Shown: positions 47,551-56,804, numbered from the stretch's first letter. The stretch: DNA of 64,000 nt from Verrucomicrobiota bacterium (GCA_039182965.1 JBCDBW010000002.1:15063-79062), one strand, 5' to 3'. Numbers and translations: made by a program. Notes: a model not told the origin generated them from the letters alone.

Positions 47551-48888
47551 CTATTTTGCAAAGTCGAACTCCAGCGTGGGGCCGGCTGCTTCGGGATGAG
47601 TGTCGCTCGCGAATGCGAGGACGAGACTGGGCACGAGTTCGCCTGTGACGGGATCGACTTCGGCGTCGAGTATGAAAGTGACCGATTGCCCTCTGTTTTC
47701 CTTCAGGAAAGTGAGAAGACGCTCGCCAGCGAGGAAACGACTTCCGGTTTGGCGGCTCCTGGGGATCTCGATGTGTCCGATGAGCGTGCCGTCTTCGGGG
47801 TTGGGACCGGATTCCCATGTGGCGCTCAAGTCCCAGTCGCTCTTTTCTTTGTTAGTGAGTCCGTAAACGGCGATTTTGCTGACTTTCGGCAGGCGCGTGG
47901 CATATCCGATACCACTGGGAACTTGGTTGAGGCGCAGGCGAACCGATTCGATGGACGTCATGTCGACTTCGGGGACTTCGAAGGCGAAGAAGGATCGTCT
48001 TTCGTGGTTGGTCTCCTTGTTCTTTCGTTTGACCATTAACTTATCGGGGTGGAGCCATTTCTCTTTGTTGGCGCGAATGACGGAAGTGGAGCGGCCGTTG
48101 GTGCCGATGCGGAGGGTATTTTGGGCGGGTTCGATCTCTGCTTCCGGAAGCGTTCCTTCGTAGGTGGAGAGAGTATTGTCTGTGATCGTGGCGCCCTGTT
48201 GGTCGAAGACGCGGACCTCTTCCCCGGTCGTTTCCATAAACACGGCTACTTCTCCTTCGATGACTTCGACATTGGTGTAATCACGTTCATCGGCGACGTT
48301 GACGGCGAAAGCGGTCCCGTAATCGATGACATGACCTTCGGGGGTCTCGAGGGCAAAACCGATGGCGGATTCCGGGACATTCAGGATGGCGGCGCCGCTG
48401 TTTAGGCGGGCGCGCATGGGGCCTTTCAGGTAGAGCTGCGAGGGGGCCTCGAGAAGCATTTCGGCACCAGAGCGGAAACGGATTGTCGCGATTCCGGAGG
48501 TGAGTTTCATGCGGCCGCGCGTGAGTTTTGAGCCGGGCTCGGTGGGGAGGGAGCTTTCCCAAGCGGCATCTTCACTGGAAACCAGTTCGGCGATGATTTT
48601 GGGTTTAGAGGCTTGTGTCCATGCGAGCGTGGCGAGGAGGATAACCGCGGCGGCGGCGGAAAGCCAGGCGACGGGACGGAAGACGGGGGAGATTAGTTTT
48701 GAGTCTGCGGCGGCGGCATCGGCTTGTTGTTCGAGGGCTATTTCGCGAAGGGCGGCGTCATGGCCGGCTTCGGTGATGAACTTTTTTCGAAGCTCGGGAT
48801 TTTCGGCGAGCAAATCATCAAGTTTGGCGACATCGGATTCAGAGGCTTCGCCGATGAAGTAGCGATGGATGAGTGATTCTGGTTTCAT
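47551..48888 (-). CDS. FecR-family anti-sigma factor with C-terminal DNRLRE/CBM96-like beta-sandwich
   Basis: ATG 48888 lies 1 nt after the sigma-gene TAA (TAAGATG); the track starts at TTG 48909. Cytoplasmic anti-sigma helix region, a single TM (WLSAAAAVILLATLAW), and a FecR domain (GIATIRFRSGAEMLLEAPSQLYL). The tail carries RRSFFAFEV...SVRLRLN...IAVYGL...WDLSATWESGP...LVLAFASD...PTLEFDF. Confidence 0.8.
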   Translation of the reverse strand: MKPESLIHRYFIGEASESDVAKLDDLLAENPELRKKFITEAGHDAALREIALEQQADAAAADSKLISPVFRPVAWLSAAAAVILLATLAWTQASKPKIIAELVSSEDAAWESSLPTEPGSKLTRGRMKLTSGIATIRFRSGAEMLLEAPSQLYLKGPMRARLNSGAAILNVPESAIGFALETPEGHVIDYGTAFAVNVADERDYTNVEVIEGEVAVFMETTGEEVRVFDQQGATITDNTLSTYEGTLPEAEIEPAQNTLRIGTNGRSTSVIRANKEKWLHPDKLMVKRKNKETNHERRSFFAFEVPEVDMTSIESVRLRLNQVPSGIGYATRLPKVSKIAVYGLTNKEKSDWDLSATWESGPNPEDGTLIGHIEIPRSRQTGSRFLAGERLLTFLKENRGQSVTFILDAEVDPVTGELVPSLVLAFASDTHPEAAGPTLEFDFAK

Positions 48889-48889
48889 C

Positions 48890-49435
48890 TTAGAAGGACT
48901 CCCGGGCAACGGTTTGGTGGACGCAGAGGGAGAGTTTTTCGCGGAGGCGTCCGAGTAGTTTGTAGAGGGCGTTGGCGGATTTCCCGGAGTGTTGGGCGAG
49001 GGATTTTACTTTGCCGTCGCTGGAGTAGGGTGCGAGGAGAAGTTCCTGATGTGAGTTTGAGAACCGGGCTAGACAGACGCGCAGCGCTTTCATGGCTTTT
49101 GCTTGTTCATCGGGATCGACGGCTTCGGCTTCATCGGCGAGCAATTCAAGCACAGCGGGGCTGAATACGTGCTTGTCGCGGCCGCGCTTGGAGAGTTCGG
49201 AGAGGCATTTGAAGCGGACGATGACTTTGGCCCAGGGGAGGAAACCGTCTTCGTGTTCGAGCTGATCGAACTTCTGCCAGAGGGTGAGACTGGCCTCCTG
49301 GATGACCTCGTCAACGAGTGTCCAATTGGGGAGGAGTGAACGGGCAAAGGCTCTCAGGGCGGGTTCGTGTCGCATGAGAAGGGGCATGAAATCACCTTCT
49401 GAGGGACGGTTCCCGGGGTTTTCAGGGCTGGCCAT
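48890..49435 (-). CDS. RNA polymerase sigma-70 factor, ECF subfamily
   Basis: 181 aa. Region 2 (DEVIQEASLTLWQKFDQ...FLPWAKVIVRFK) and region 4 (VKSLAQHSGKSANALYKLLGRLREKL). Confidence 0.88.
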   Translation of the reverse strand: MASPENPGNRPSEGDFMPLLMRHEPALRAFARSLLPNWTLVDEVIQEASLTLWQKFDQLEHEDGFLPWAKVIVRFKCLSELSKRGRDKHVFSPAVLELLADEAEAVDPDEQAKAMKALRVCLARFSNSHQELLLAPYSSDGKVKSLAQHSGKSANALYKLLGRLREKLSLCVHQTVARESF

Positions 49436-49523
49436 ATACCAACTTATTCCGGGACGAGGGTGGACCTGCCGATTTTTTCTGAGAAATCGGAGGAAAAGGT
49501 TGGAAATACGGGGGTTTCCGGGC

Positions 49524-50333
49524 TTATTCGAGGGGCATCAGTTCGATGTTTCGGAACCAGACGGGTTGGCCCTCGGCTTGGAGGGCGATGTGTCCGAAGC
49601 TCAGGGGAATGGGGGCCCCGGCCTTGAGGAGAGCCTCGGCGGATTCGACGCGCCCTTCGGGATCGAGTTGGGGGTGTTGGTATCGGAGGACTTCAGTGCC
49701 ATTGACGTGGTGAATGATCTCCTCATTTCCCCGGACCTCGATTTCGACCTGGACCCACTCATCTGGGGGAAAGGTGGAGGCGGTGGATTGGACGATGTGT
49801 TGGGTGACGAGTTGGCCGTCGATTTCTAGATTGGTGCCTGGGGTGCACACGTTTCCGGTGGGGCGCTTTCCTTTCCCTGCGTCGGCGAGGAACTGGAACT
49901 CGAGGCTGACGGGGAATTCCTGATCGAGCCCCATGCTTTGCGGGGACTGGGAGTGGATCATGAAACCGCTGTTGAGGTTCACGAACTTGGGGGCATCGGG
50001 CATCATTTCTCCGATGAAGCGATATTCCATGCGGAGTCGGTAGTGGGAATAGGGGATGTTAGTGTAGAGGTGTCCGTATTGGTTATCGAATTTTTCGTAG
50101 TCGTCGTAGGTGACTTTAAGGATGCCGTCTTCCACTCGAAACGTATCGGCAAAGTTTTCTCCGAGAGGGTGGCCGGTGATTTTGACGGTCCAGCCGTCGA
50201 GGTTCTTTCCGTTGAAGAGCGACACCCAATCAGAGTGATCTTCGGTGGTCTCTGGAGAGGGCTTGTTCGCGAGCAAGATCGGGGATGAGATTAGGGCGAG
50301 GAGCATGGTGATGAGGCGAGTGATGGGGTTCAT
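49524..50333 (-). CDS. secreted DUF1080 (3-keto-disaccharide hydrolase family) protein
   Basis: ATG 50333 gives MNPITRLITMLLALISSPILLA; the alternative ATG is 50378. SLFNGKNLDGWTV and GHIALQAEGQPVWFRNIELMPLE motifs. Confidence 0.85.
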   Translation of the reverse strand: MNPITRLITMLLALISSPILLANKPSPETTEDHSDWVSLFNGKNLDGWTVKITGHPLGENFADTFRVEDGILKVTYDDYEKFDNQYGHLYTNIPYSHYRLRMEYRFIGEMMPDAPKFVNLNSGFMIHSQSPQSMGLDQEFPVSLEFQFLADAGKGKRPTGNVCTPGTNLEIDGQLVTQHIVQSTASTFPPDEWVQVEIEVRGNEEIIHHVNGTEVLRYQHPQLDPEGRVESAEALLKAGAPIPLSFGHIALQAEGQPVWFRNIELMPLE

Positions 50334-50438
50334 GCTGCTTATTTTGGCACTGTTGGCGTTGGGGGGATAGCTTTTCATCGCGTGATGGACGGGCCCACGG
50401 ATTCCGATTAATTTTCCTTCGAAGTATTTTTTCCTATT

Positions 50439-51440
50439 ATGAAGAAGATCGTTTTTTCTCTCTGTATTCTCGGATGTTTGAGCTGTGTTTTGCCGGCTGC
50501 GGACGCGCCGAAGGTGGTATTTTTGACCGGGGACGGGGAGTATCGGTCTGAGGAGTCGATGCCGATGTTAGCGCGGCTATTGGAGCGGGATTTTGGGTAT
50601 GACGTGACGGTGGGATTTTCAGTGGATGAGGAGGGGGTCGTGGATCCGCACGAGCAGGGATCGTTGACGGGCACGGAGGAATTGGCGGACGCGGATTTAC
50701 TGGTTTTGTTTTTGCGGTTTCGGCGACCGGACGAGGAGACGTTCGGGCGGATACTGGCGCATTTGGAATCGGGAAAGCCGGTCGTGGGATTTCGGACGGC
50801 GACGCATTCGTTTCGGTTCGACGACGGATCTCCGCATGCGGGATGGGGATACCAGGATGATCCGGAGTTTGTGCACAGCTTGGCGGGGGGAGAGACGATG
50901 CGGGAGTTGCTGGGTCAGAAGTGGATCACGCATCATGGTCATTTTGATGACGGGGAGAAGCCGTTGACGGAGGTGGCGGTAGTGGAGGGCGCGGGGGAGC
51001 ATCCCATTTTGCGTGGGGTGGAACCATTTGGGGCGTATTCGTGGTTGTATCATGTGGAAGGTGGGGATGATACCGTGGCGGGGGAGCCGGTGTTTTTGTT
51101 AGAAGGGACCGCTTTGCGCTCGAAGAAAGAGGAACGGGGAGAGTTGGACCGGTATCCGTTGACGAATCCAGTGGCGTGGACGAAGACGCATGCGTTTGGT
51201 GAGGAGCCGGCGCGGGTTTTCACGACGACCTTGGGACATCCGTATGATTTTCGGGAGCCGGCGATGCGGCGATTGGCGTTGCAGGGGATCTTGTGGGCGT
51301 TGGGGCGGGAGGATGAGATTCCGGAGGGGGGCGTCGATGTGGACGTGGTGGGGGAGTATGCGCCGAGCAATTCGGGGTTTGGGGATGCTTATAAAGGGGG
51401 TAAGAAGCCGGAGGATTTTTTTGTGCCGGCGGGGGAGTGA
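50439..51440 (+). CDS. ThuA-like (trehalose utilisation) domain protein, secreted
   Basis: Signal peptide. KVVFLTGDGEYRSEESMPMLARLLE and FTTTLGHPYDFREPAMRRLALQGILWAL fit the ThuA family. Confidence 0.75.
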   Translation: MKKIVFSLCILGCLSCVLPAADAPKVVFLTGDGEYRSEESMPMLARLLERDFGYDVTVGFSVDEEGVVDPHEQGSLTGTEELADADLLVLFLRFRRPDEETFGRILAHLESGKPVVGFRTATHSFRFDDGSPHAGWGYQDDPEFVHSLAGGETMRELLGQKWITHHGHFDDGEKPLTEVAVVEGAGEHPILRGVEPFGAYSWLYHVEGGDDTVAGEPVFLLEGTALRSKKEERGELDRYPLTNPVAWTKTHAFGEEPARVFTTTLGHPYDFREPAMRRLALQGILWALGREDEIPEGGVDVDVVGEYAPSNSGFGDAYKGGKKPEDFFVPAGE

Positions 51441-51466
51441 CGGGGTGGAGGTCGCGGGGGGTGTGT

Positions 51467-51527
51467 CGGTAGGGGTAAGGAGGAGCGTTGCGGTCGAGCG
51501 GGCCGTTCGCCCCTACCGTATTTTCTT
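51467..51527 (+). terminator. possible terminator between convergent thuA-like and sulfatase genes
   Basis: 9-bp stem CGGTAGGGG (51467-51475) / CCCCTACCG (51510-51518) followed by TATTTTCTT. The 34-nt loop is long for a canonical intrinsic terminator. Confidence 0.3.
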
Positions 51528-51570
51528 CGCCAGTCCGTTCTGCTCTCGCTGAAGCTACGAAGGGCAAGCC

Positions 51571-53121
51571 CTACCGGGTTGAGGGAGGGGGGTCGACCGT
51601 CCATCCGGAGGTGGAGATTTTGCCGTAGTAGGGGTAGTAGTCCCAAAGGATTTCGCCGCCGGTGAGGCGAGGGTCTTCGGTTTCTTTGAGGTATTCGAAG
51701 AGTTGTTTGCGAAGTTGTTTTTGGGTTTCGAAGTGGTCGATGGAGCCCGCGAGGTTTTGCATTTGCCAGGGGTCGGACGTGACTTCGTATAGTTCTTCGG
51801 TGGGGCGCATTCCGAAGGCGAGTTCGGCGAGTTCGGCGATGCCGTGTTGGTTGCGGTTTTCCATCATGAACGTTTTGGTGGGAGAGGCATCGATTTCTCC
51901 ATAGGGGAGGGAGCGGGCGCAGACGGTGGGATCGGGGGAGCCGGAGGGCCAGCGGGAGGATTCGAAGTTGTGGATGTAGAGAAAATCTTTGGTGCGAATG
52001 GCGCGGCACGGGTATCCTTTGCCGCCTTGACGGCAGCCGTCGTGTCGTTCCATGGCGCTGTAGGCGGCAGAGAAGGCGGCGGGATTGTAGTGGTTCTTTA
52101 GAATGGGGACGAGGGAGCGGGCGGTCATTTGTTGAGGCGGGGTGAGACCGGCAGCTTCAAGGAAGGTAGGAGCGAGGTCGCTCAGGTTGATAAAAGCCTC
52201 GACGGTGCGTCCGGGTTTGTTGATGCCTTTGGGCCAACGGATGGCGAGGGGGACGCGCGTTCCCGAGTCGTAGAGGCTGGCTTTGGCCCGAGGGAAGGGC
52301 ATGCCGTGATCGCTAGTGATGACGACGATGGTATTTTCTAGTTTGTCGGCGGCTTCCAGGGCGGCGATAGCGCGGTCGACGTGGTGGTCGAAGTGTTCAA
52401 TTTCGATTAGATAGTCGAGGATGTCGTTTCGGACGATATTGTTGTCGGGGAAGATAGGAGGGACGACCGCTTTGTCGGGGTCTTTTCCGGTGAGGACGCC
52501 GGTGCCGGATTGGTAGCCTCGGTGAGGTTCGCTGGTGCCGAGCCAGAAGCAGAAGGGTTGGTCGTCGGGGACTTGGGCGAGGAAGTCATTGAAGTTGGCG
52601 GCGTAGTCGGTGTTGCGCATCGCTTTGAAGGGCGGCGGCGTCGTCCTTTGGTCGAAGAGGGGGCCGGCCGGATTTTCAGAGCGGCCGCCGGGTTCGAGGC
52701 GGCCGGGGGACCAGGCTTTGCCGGTGGCGCCGATGGCGTATCCGGCTTCTCGGAGCAGTTGGGGATAGGTTGGGAATTTCGCGTGGAGGGTGCTGTGGAT
52801 ATTGCCGGCTTCTTCGAGGCGCCAGATGTGTTGGCCGGTGAGGATGGCGCTGCGGGAGGGGCCGCAAGTGGGGGCGTCGCAGAAGGCGTGGACGAAGCGA
52901 AGGCCTTCGCGGGCGACGCGGTCGAAGGCGGGGGTTAGGACGACGGGATCGCCGTTGGCACCGGTGTGGTTGTAGGACTGGTCGTCGGAGATGCAGAAGA
53001 GAATATTTGGGCGCTCGGTTTCTTTGTCAGGATTCGTTTCTTCGGCCACGCCTGGCGAGAGAATCGTGAGCACGAGAGTTGTGATGGAGAGGAACACTTT
53101 TGGGGACGGATCCTTGATCAT
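51571..53121 (-). CDS. sulfatase (S1 family), secreted
   Basis: Signal peptide. NILFCISDDQSYNHTGANG. CGPSRSAILTG. Confidence 0.9.
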   Translation of the reverse strand: MIKDPSPKVFLSITTLVLTILSPGVAEETNPDKETERPNILFCISDDQSYNHTGANGDPVVLTPAFDRVAREGLRFVHAFCDAPTCGPSRSAILTGQHIWRLEEAGNIHSTLHAKFPTYPQLLREAGYAIGATGKAWSPGRLEPGGRSENPAGPLFDQRTTPPPFKAMRNTDYAANFNDFLAQVPDDQPFCFWLGTSEPHRGYQSGTGVLTGKDPDKAVVPPIFPDNNIVRNDILDYLIEIEHFDHHVDRAIAALEAADKLENTIVVITSDHGMPFPRAKASLYDSGTRVPLAIRWPKGINKPGRTVEAFINLSDLAPTFLEAAGLTPPQQMTARSLVPILKNHYNPAAFSAAYSAMERHDGCRQGGKGYPCRAIRTKDFLYIHNFESSRWPSGSPDPTVCARSLPYGEIDASPTKTFMMENRNQHGIAELAELAFGMRPTEELYEVTSDPWQMQNLAGSIDHFETQKQLRKQLFEYLKETEDPRLTGGEILWDYYPYYGKISTSGWTVDPPPSTR

Positions 53122-53278
53122 GATTCTGTGGGACGCGTCGAGTGAGCGAAAGGGTCAGGGGCGTCCAAGAGAAATTATCGTTCGGAATGGGCATTTGTTC
53201 TAGGATGAGGTGGCCTATTTTTGTGATGACTTGGACGTCGGACTGCGGCTGAGGCGATTTGAGGTGCAAGCGGTTGCA

Positions 53279-54220
53279 TTAGTCCGCCGTGCAGGCTTTG
53301 CCGATGGCCCGCACATGGCGGTGATCGGTGCCGCAGCAGCCTCCGTAGACGGTCAGATTTGGAAGGATTTTTTTGAGGCGGCGAAGGCGGTCTGCGAGAT
53401 CTGCTGGATCGCCGTCATCGAGGGTCTCGCTATTGTCGAGTTCTTCGTGGCTGAGGGTGGAGGCGTTTGCGCGAATGCCTTTGATGCGATGGCTCCAGTC
53501 TTCGCCGTTGTCGAAAGCGTCTTCGAAATGGGTGGGGTGGGCGCAGTTGATCATGAAGTAGGCGGCGCTGCCGTTCGTATCGGCGTCGGTGCGGCGGATG
53601 GCGTCGCCGAGTTTTTCTCCGCTGGGGAGAGCACCATCGGTTTCGAGTGTGAATGAGATAACGGAGGGAATACCGGCGGCCATGGCCGAGTTGACGATAC
53701 CGATGGCTTCTTCGACGTAATTGAGTGTCATCGCGGTGATGAGGTCGACGTTGGCATCGGCGAAGGTTTTGACTTGGTGGTCGTGGTAGGATTCTGCCTC
53801 CGAAGGTGACATTTGTGAAGAGGGGGAATATCCGTCGCCCCGTGGACCGATACAGCCGCTAATGGGCAGTTGGGAGATGCGATCGGAGTATGTGTTGCGG
53901 ATGGATTCGAGATCGGCGATGGATTGCTTATTGGCGGCGATGAGCTCTTTTTTCGAGTAACCGATTTTTCTAGCCCAATCGGGATTGGCGCGCCAGGTGG
54001 GGCTTTCGAGGATGAAACCGGTATCGTATTCGGCAGCGATTTCGAGATAGGTATGGAAGTAATCGCGCAGGGTGTTCCGGCCGATGTCATGGCGAAGGAG
54101 GTGAAAGGCGGCGAACTCTGGGAGTTCAATTCCTTTATGAAAGATGAGAGTGGTTTCCAGTCCGCCGTCGGTGAGGAAAGGGCGAGAGGCTTGGCTAACG
54201 GGGTCGGTCATTGTGATCAT
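53279..54220 (-). CDS. mmuM: homocysteine S-methyltransferase family protein
   Basis: LTDGGLETTLIF N-terminal motif and C-terminal zinc-site GGCCGTDHRHV. Confidence 0.85.
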   Translation of the reverse strand: MITMTDPVSQASRPFLTDGGLETTLIFHKGIELPEFAAFHLLRHDIGRNTLRDYFHTYLEIAAEYDTGFILESPTWRANPDWARKIGYSKKELIAANKQSIADLESIRNTYSDRISQLPISGCIGPRGDGYSPSSQMSPSEAESYHDHQVKTFADANVDLITAMTLNYVEEAIGIVNSAMAAGIPSVISFTLETDGALPSGEKLGDAIRRTDADTNGSAAYFMINCAHPTHFEDAFDNGEDWSHRIKGIRANASTLSHEELDNSETLDDGDPADLADRLRRLKKILPNLTVYGGCCGTDHRHVRAIGKACTAD

Positions 54221-54243
54221 GGCATGTTGTTTAGCGGATCCAG

Positions 54244-54882
54244 TTATTGTGACATTGACGGGTCGAATTGCGGTTTGCGGAACATTGGGTAAACGATGGG
54301 GGAGGAGCTGGTCTGTATTTCGCCTATGAGCCGGAAGCCGTGTTTTTCGTAGAGGGGTATATTGGTGGCGCTGCTGGATTCCAGGTAAGCGGGGGTGCGT
54401 GATCGGTCGCAGCGGGTGAGGGTGTGTTTGAGGAGTGCGGACCCTAGTCCTTGATTTTGTTGGGCGGGCTCGACGGCAATGAGTGGGAGATACCAGTGTT
54501 CCTCTTTCGGGTGGAAATCGTCCATTTGTTCGAAGAGCGCGAACGCTTCGCGGAGGCGGTGGCGGGGAACGGTTTCTTCGATTACGCGGGTGATGACTTC
54601 GTCGTCGGCGTGTTCGTTTGGTGGAAGCCAGTAGGCGACACCCTGGAAGTTATCGATATGGAAAGAAGTGTTGCAGGCGATGGAGGGACCGACGAAGGCA
54701 TCGACGAATCGTGGAAAGCCTTGGGTGTAGGAATGGGCGTCGGGATAGAGCCATCGGATGGCAGGGTCGGCAGCGAATGCGAGTAGAGTCGTGCGGCGGG
54801 CACGGGAGGATTCATTTGGGCCGACGATGGTCTGGATGGGGATTGAGGGGGTGGATACGTGAGCTTGGGTGGTTGTGATCAT
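54244..54882 (-). CDS. GNAT family N-acetyltransferase
   Basis: Acetyl-CoA motif QNQGLGSALLKHTL. PLYEKHGFRLIGE. 23 nt upstream of mmuM. Confidence 0.8.
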   Translation of the reverse strand: MITTTQAHVSTPSIPIQTIVGPNESSRARRTTLLAFAADPAIRWLYPDAHSYTQGFPRFVDAFVGPSIACNTSFHIDNFQGVAYWLPPNEHADDEVITRVIEETVPRHRLREAFALFEQMDDFHPKEEHWYLPLIAVEPAQQNQGLGSALLKHTLTRCDRSRTPAYLESSSATNIPLYEKHGFRLIGEIQTSSSPIVYPMFRKPQFDPSMSQ

Positions 54883-54995
54883 TGTCGTGAAAATGCGGGG
54901 ATCCTTCTTTGGAGAATTGGTTCTTCGTCACGAAGTAGGCGTGAGGGGGGGCCTTACATCGTGAGGGAGTTGAAGTTTTTGGGGCGGATCGTCGC

Positions 54996-56804
54996 CTAGA
55001 CCGTCCAGTGCACCGGCTTTTCAGGAGAATAGGCGCAGAATGTGCCGGTGCGTATGGAATTTTCCAAGTGGCGGCCGAGGGCGGGGTGGGCGGCTTCGAT
55101 TTTTCGGATGGCGCTTCGGATTCTCCAGGTGACGGCGGAGCGTGCGCGTTCGGCAGGAGCGGCCATTTTTCGCGAGCGTCCTCCGACCCCGACGGATTTG
55201 GCGAGGTGATCGATGAGCGGGTCCAATTCTTCGCGAATACTTTCGGCGCGGGCGGAGTCGTTTGCGGCTTTGGCGTCTTCGAGGTCAGCCTGGAGTTCGC
55301 GGATGTTCCGGGCGTATTCGCTACGGGCCTTGGCATCCATGATTTCATCCGGGGCACCATCTTCGGAGACGTTGCCCATGAGTTCGGTGCAATGGATTTC
55401 GGCATCTTTGTTTGCGAGAATGCGTTCGATATCCTTAAAGCCCTTTATCTCGGGCAGGCGTGTTTTTGCGCCTTCGTAGGCGACGATACGGAGATTGTTT
55501 TCGAGGCGGAAGACGGGGTGATCGTTTTGGGCGACTTTTATGGGTGATGGGGTGGGCGACGCGGCTGGTTTTTCTTCGAAACCGGCGAGCCGAAGTCCAT
55601 TGATGTAGAGGTTGGCATCCTCTTTGCGTTTGAACGGGTTCACTTCGATGAGCCAGTCGCGAGGTTCTCCGGTATGTGCGCGGCGGCCGGAGACGATTTT
55701 TTCCTGGAAGGCTTCTAAAAAGAGGTCCCGGTAAGTGGCAGCTTTTTGTGGATCGTTTTGATAGGCATGAGCGATGGCGACGAAGGCAGCCAGATCGATC
55801 CAAACGTTGGTGAGGGGCGCTTTGAGGGCCATGGCGATGCCTTCATCGAATTTCTTTTGCATCATGAGAATGACGCCGCCGTATGCAAAATACCAAGGAT
55901 CGCAGTAGGGATTGAGAGCAAGCGCGCGATCAAAAATTTGTTCTGCGCGTTCGTGGGAGCCCAAGAAAGTGAAGCAGCTGGCGATTTGGACGAGGTGATC
56001 AGCATCGTTGGGATTGAGTTCGAAAGCACGGGTGATGTGTTCTTCCGCTTTTTCAAACTCGCGCCGGAAGAGGTAGACTCGGCCGAGGACGAGGTGAGCA
56101 ACGGAGTCGTTTTGATCGAGTTGGAAGGCGTGGTGGGCGTATTGGAAGGCGCGGCACTCGCTGATTTCGCTGAGTTCCCAATTTTGGCAGCTCCATTCAT
56201 TGAAGTGTGAGAGCGAGAGGCCAACAAAGGCTCTTGGGTAGTGAGGGTCGATTTCGAGAGCCCGTTCGAAGAGTTCCCTGGCTTCCTCATCCGATTCAAT
56301 ATTGCCTTCACGCAGTTTCTCGAGGCCTCTCAGCCAGCAGTCATAGGCTTCGAGTTCCGTGATTGATTTTCTTCGGGCGGCGCCGAGGGTGGCGGCGTCG
56401 ATTTGTTTGGAGAGTGTGGAGGTAACTTTTTCCGAGATGCTTTCCTGGAGGGAGAAGACATCGGCGGCAGGTGAATCGAATCGATCGGCCCAAACGACGC
56501 TTCCGGATTTAGGATCGATGAGCTGGGTATTTACGCGGATTTGGTGGTCTTCGTTTCGGACGCTTGTTTTGAGGAGGAGATCGGCGGCCAATTCTTGGGC
56601 GATTGACCTGTCGTCGAGGTTTTGAATTCTGGGAGAGAAGGATGAGTGGTGTGAGATGAGACCGAGATTCGGGAAGCGGGAGAGGTCGGTAATGAGATCT
56701 TCGATAAAGCCGCGCGAGAAGTAGGCCTTTTCCTTAGAATCGGCAAGCTCATCGCTTGCGGGAAGGACGGCTAGTCGGAGGGCTGGGGCGGCAAAGGTTT
56801 CCAT
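54996..56804 (-). CDS. TPR-repeat protein with TolB-N-like N-terminus and a conserved uncharacterised C-terminal module
   Basis: N-terminus AYFSRGFIEDLITDLSRFPNLGLISHHS. Multiple TPR repeats (ALEIDPHYPRAFVGL..., AFELNPNDADHL..., ALALNPYCDPW...). C-terminus IVAYEGAKTRLPEIKGFKDIERIL...GGRSRKMAAPAERARSAVTWRIRSAIRKIEAAHPALGRHLENSIRTGTFCAY. Confidence 0.7.
   Translation of the reverse strand: METFAAPALRLAVLPASDELADSKEKAYFSRGFIEDLITDLSRFPNLGLISHHSSFSPRIQNLDDRSIAQELAADLLLKTSVRNEDHQIRVNTQLIDPKSGSVVWADRFDSPAADVFSLQESISEKVTSTLSKQIDAATLGAARRKSITELEAYDCWLRGLEKLREGNIESDEEARELFERALEIDPHYPRAFVGLSLSHFNEWSCQNWELSEISECRAFQYAHHAFQLDQNDSVAHLVLGRVYLFRREFEKAEEHITRAFELNPNDADHLVQIASCFTFLGSHERAEQIFDRALALNPYCDPWYFAYGGVILMMQKKFDEGIAMALKAPLTNVWIDLAAFVAIAHAYQNDPQKAATYRDLFLEAFQEKIVSGRRAHTGEPRDWLIEVNPFKRKEDANLYINGLRLAGFEEKPAASPTPSPIKVAQNDHPVFRLENNLRIVAYEGAKTRLPEIKGFKDIERILANKDAEIHCTELMGNVSEDGAPDEIMDAKARSEYARNIRELQADLEDAKAANDSARAESIREELDPLIDHLAKSVGVGGRSRKMAAPAERARSAVTWRIRSAIRKIEAAHPALGRHLENSIRTGTFCAYSPEKPVHWTV

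Noticed and set aside
49436-49523. ECF-type promoter (GGAAC-N16-CGTC) upstream of the sigma gene
   Set aside because: The minus strand has GGAAAC and, separately, a CGTC. Their spacing does not fit a canonical ECF promoter, so no call is made.
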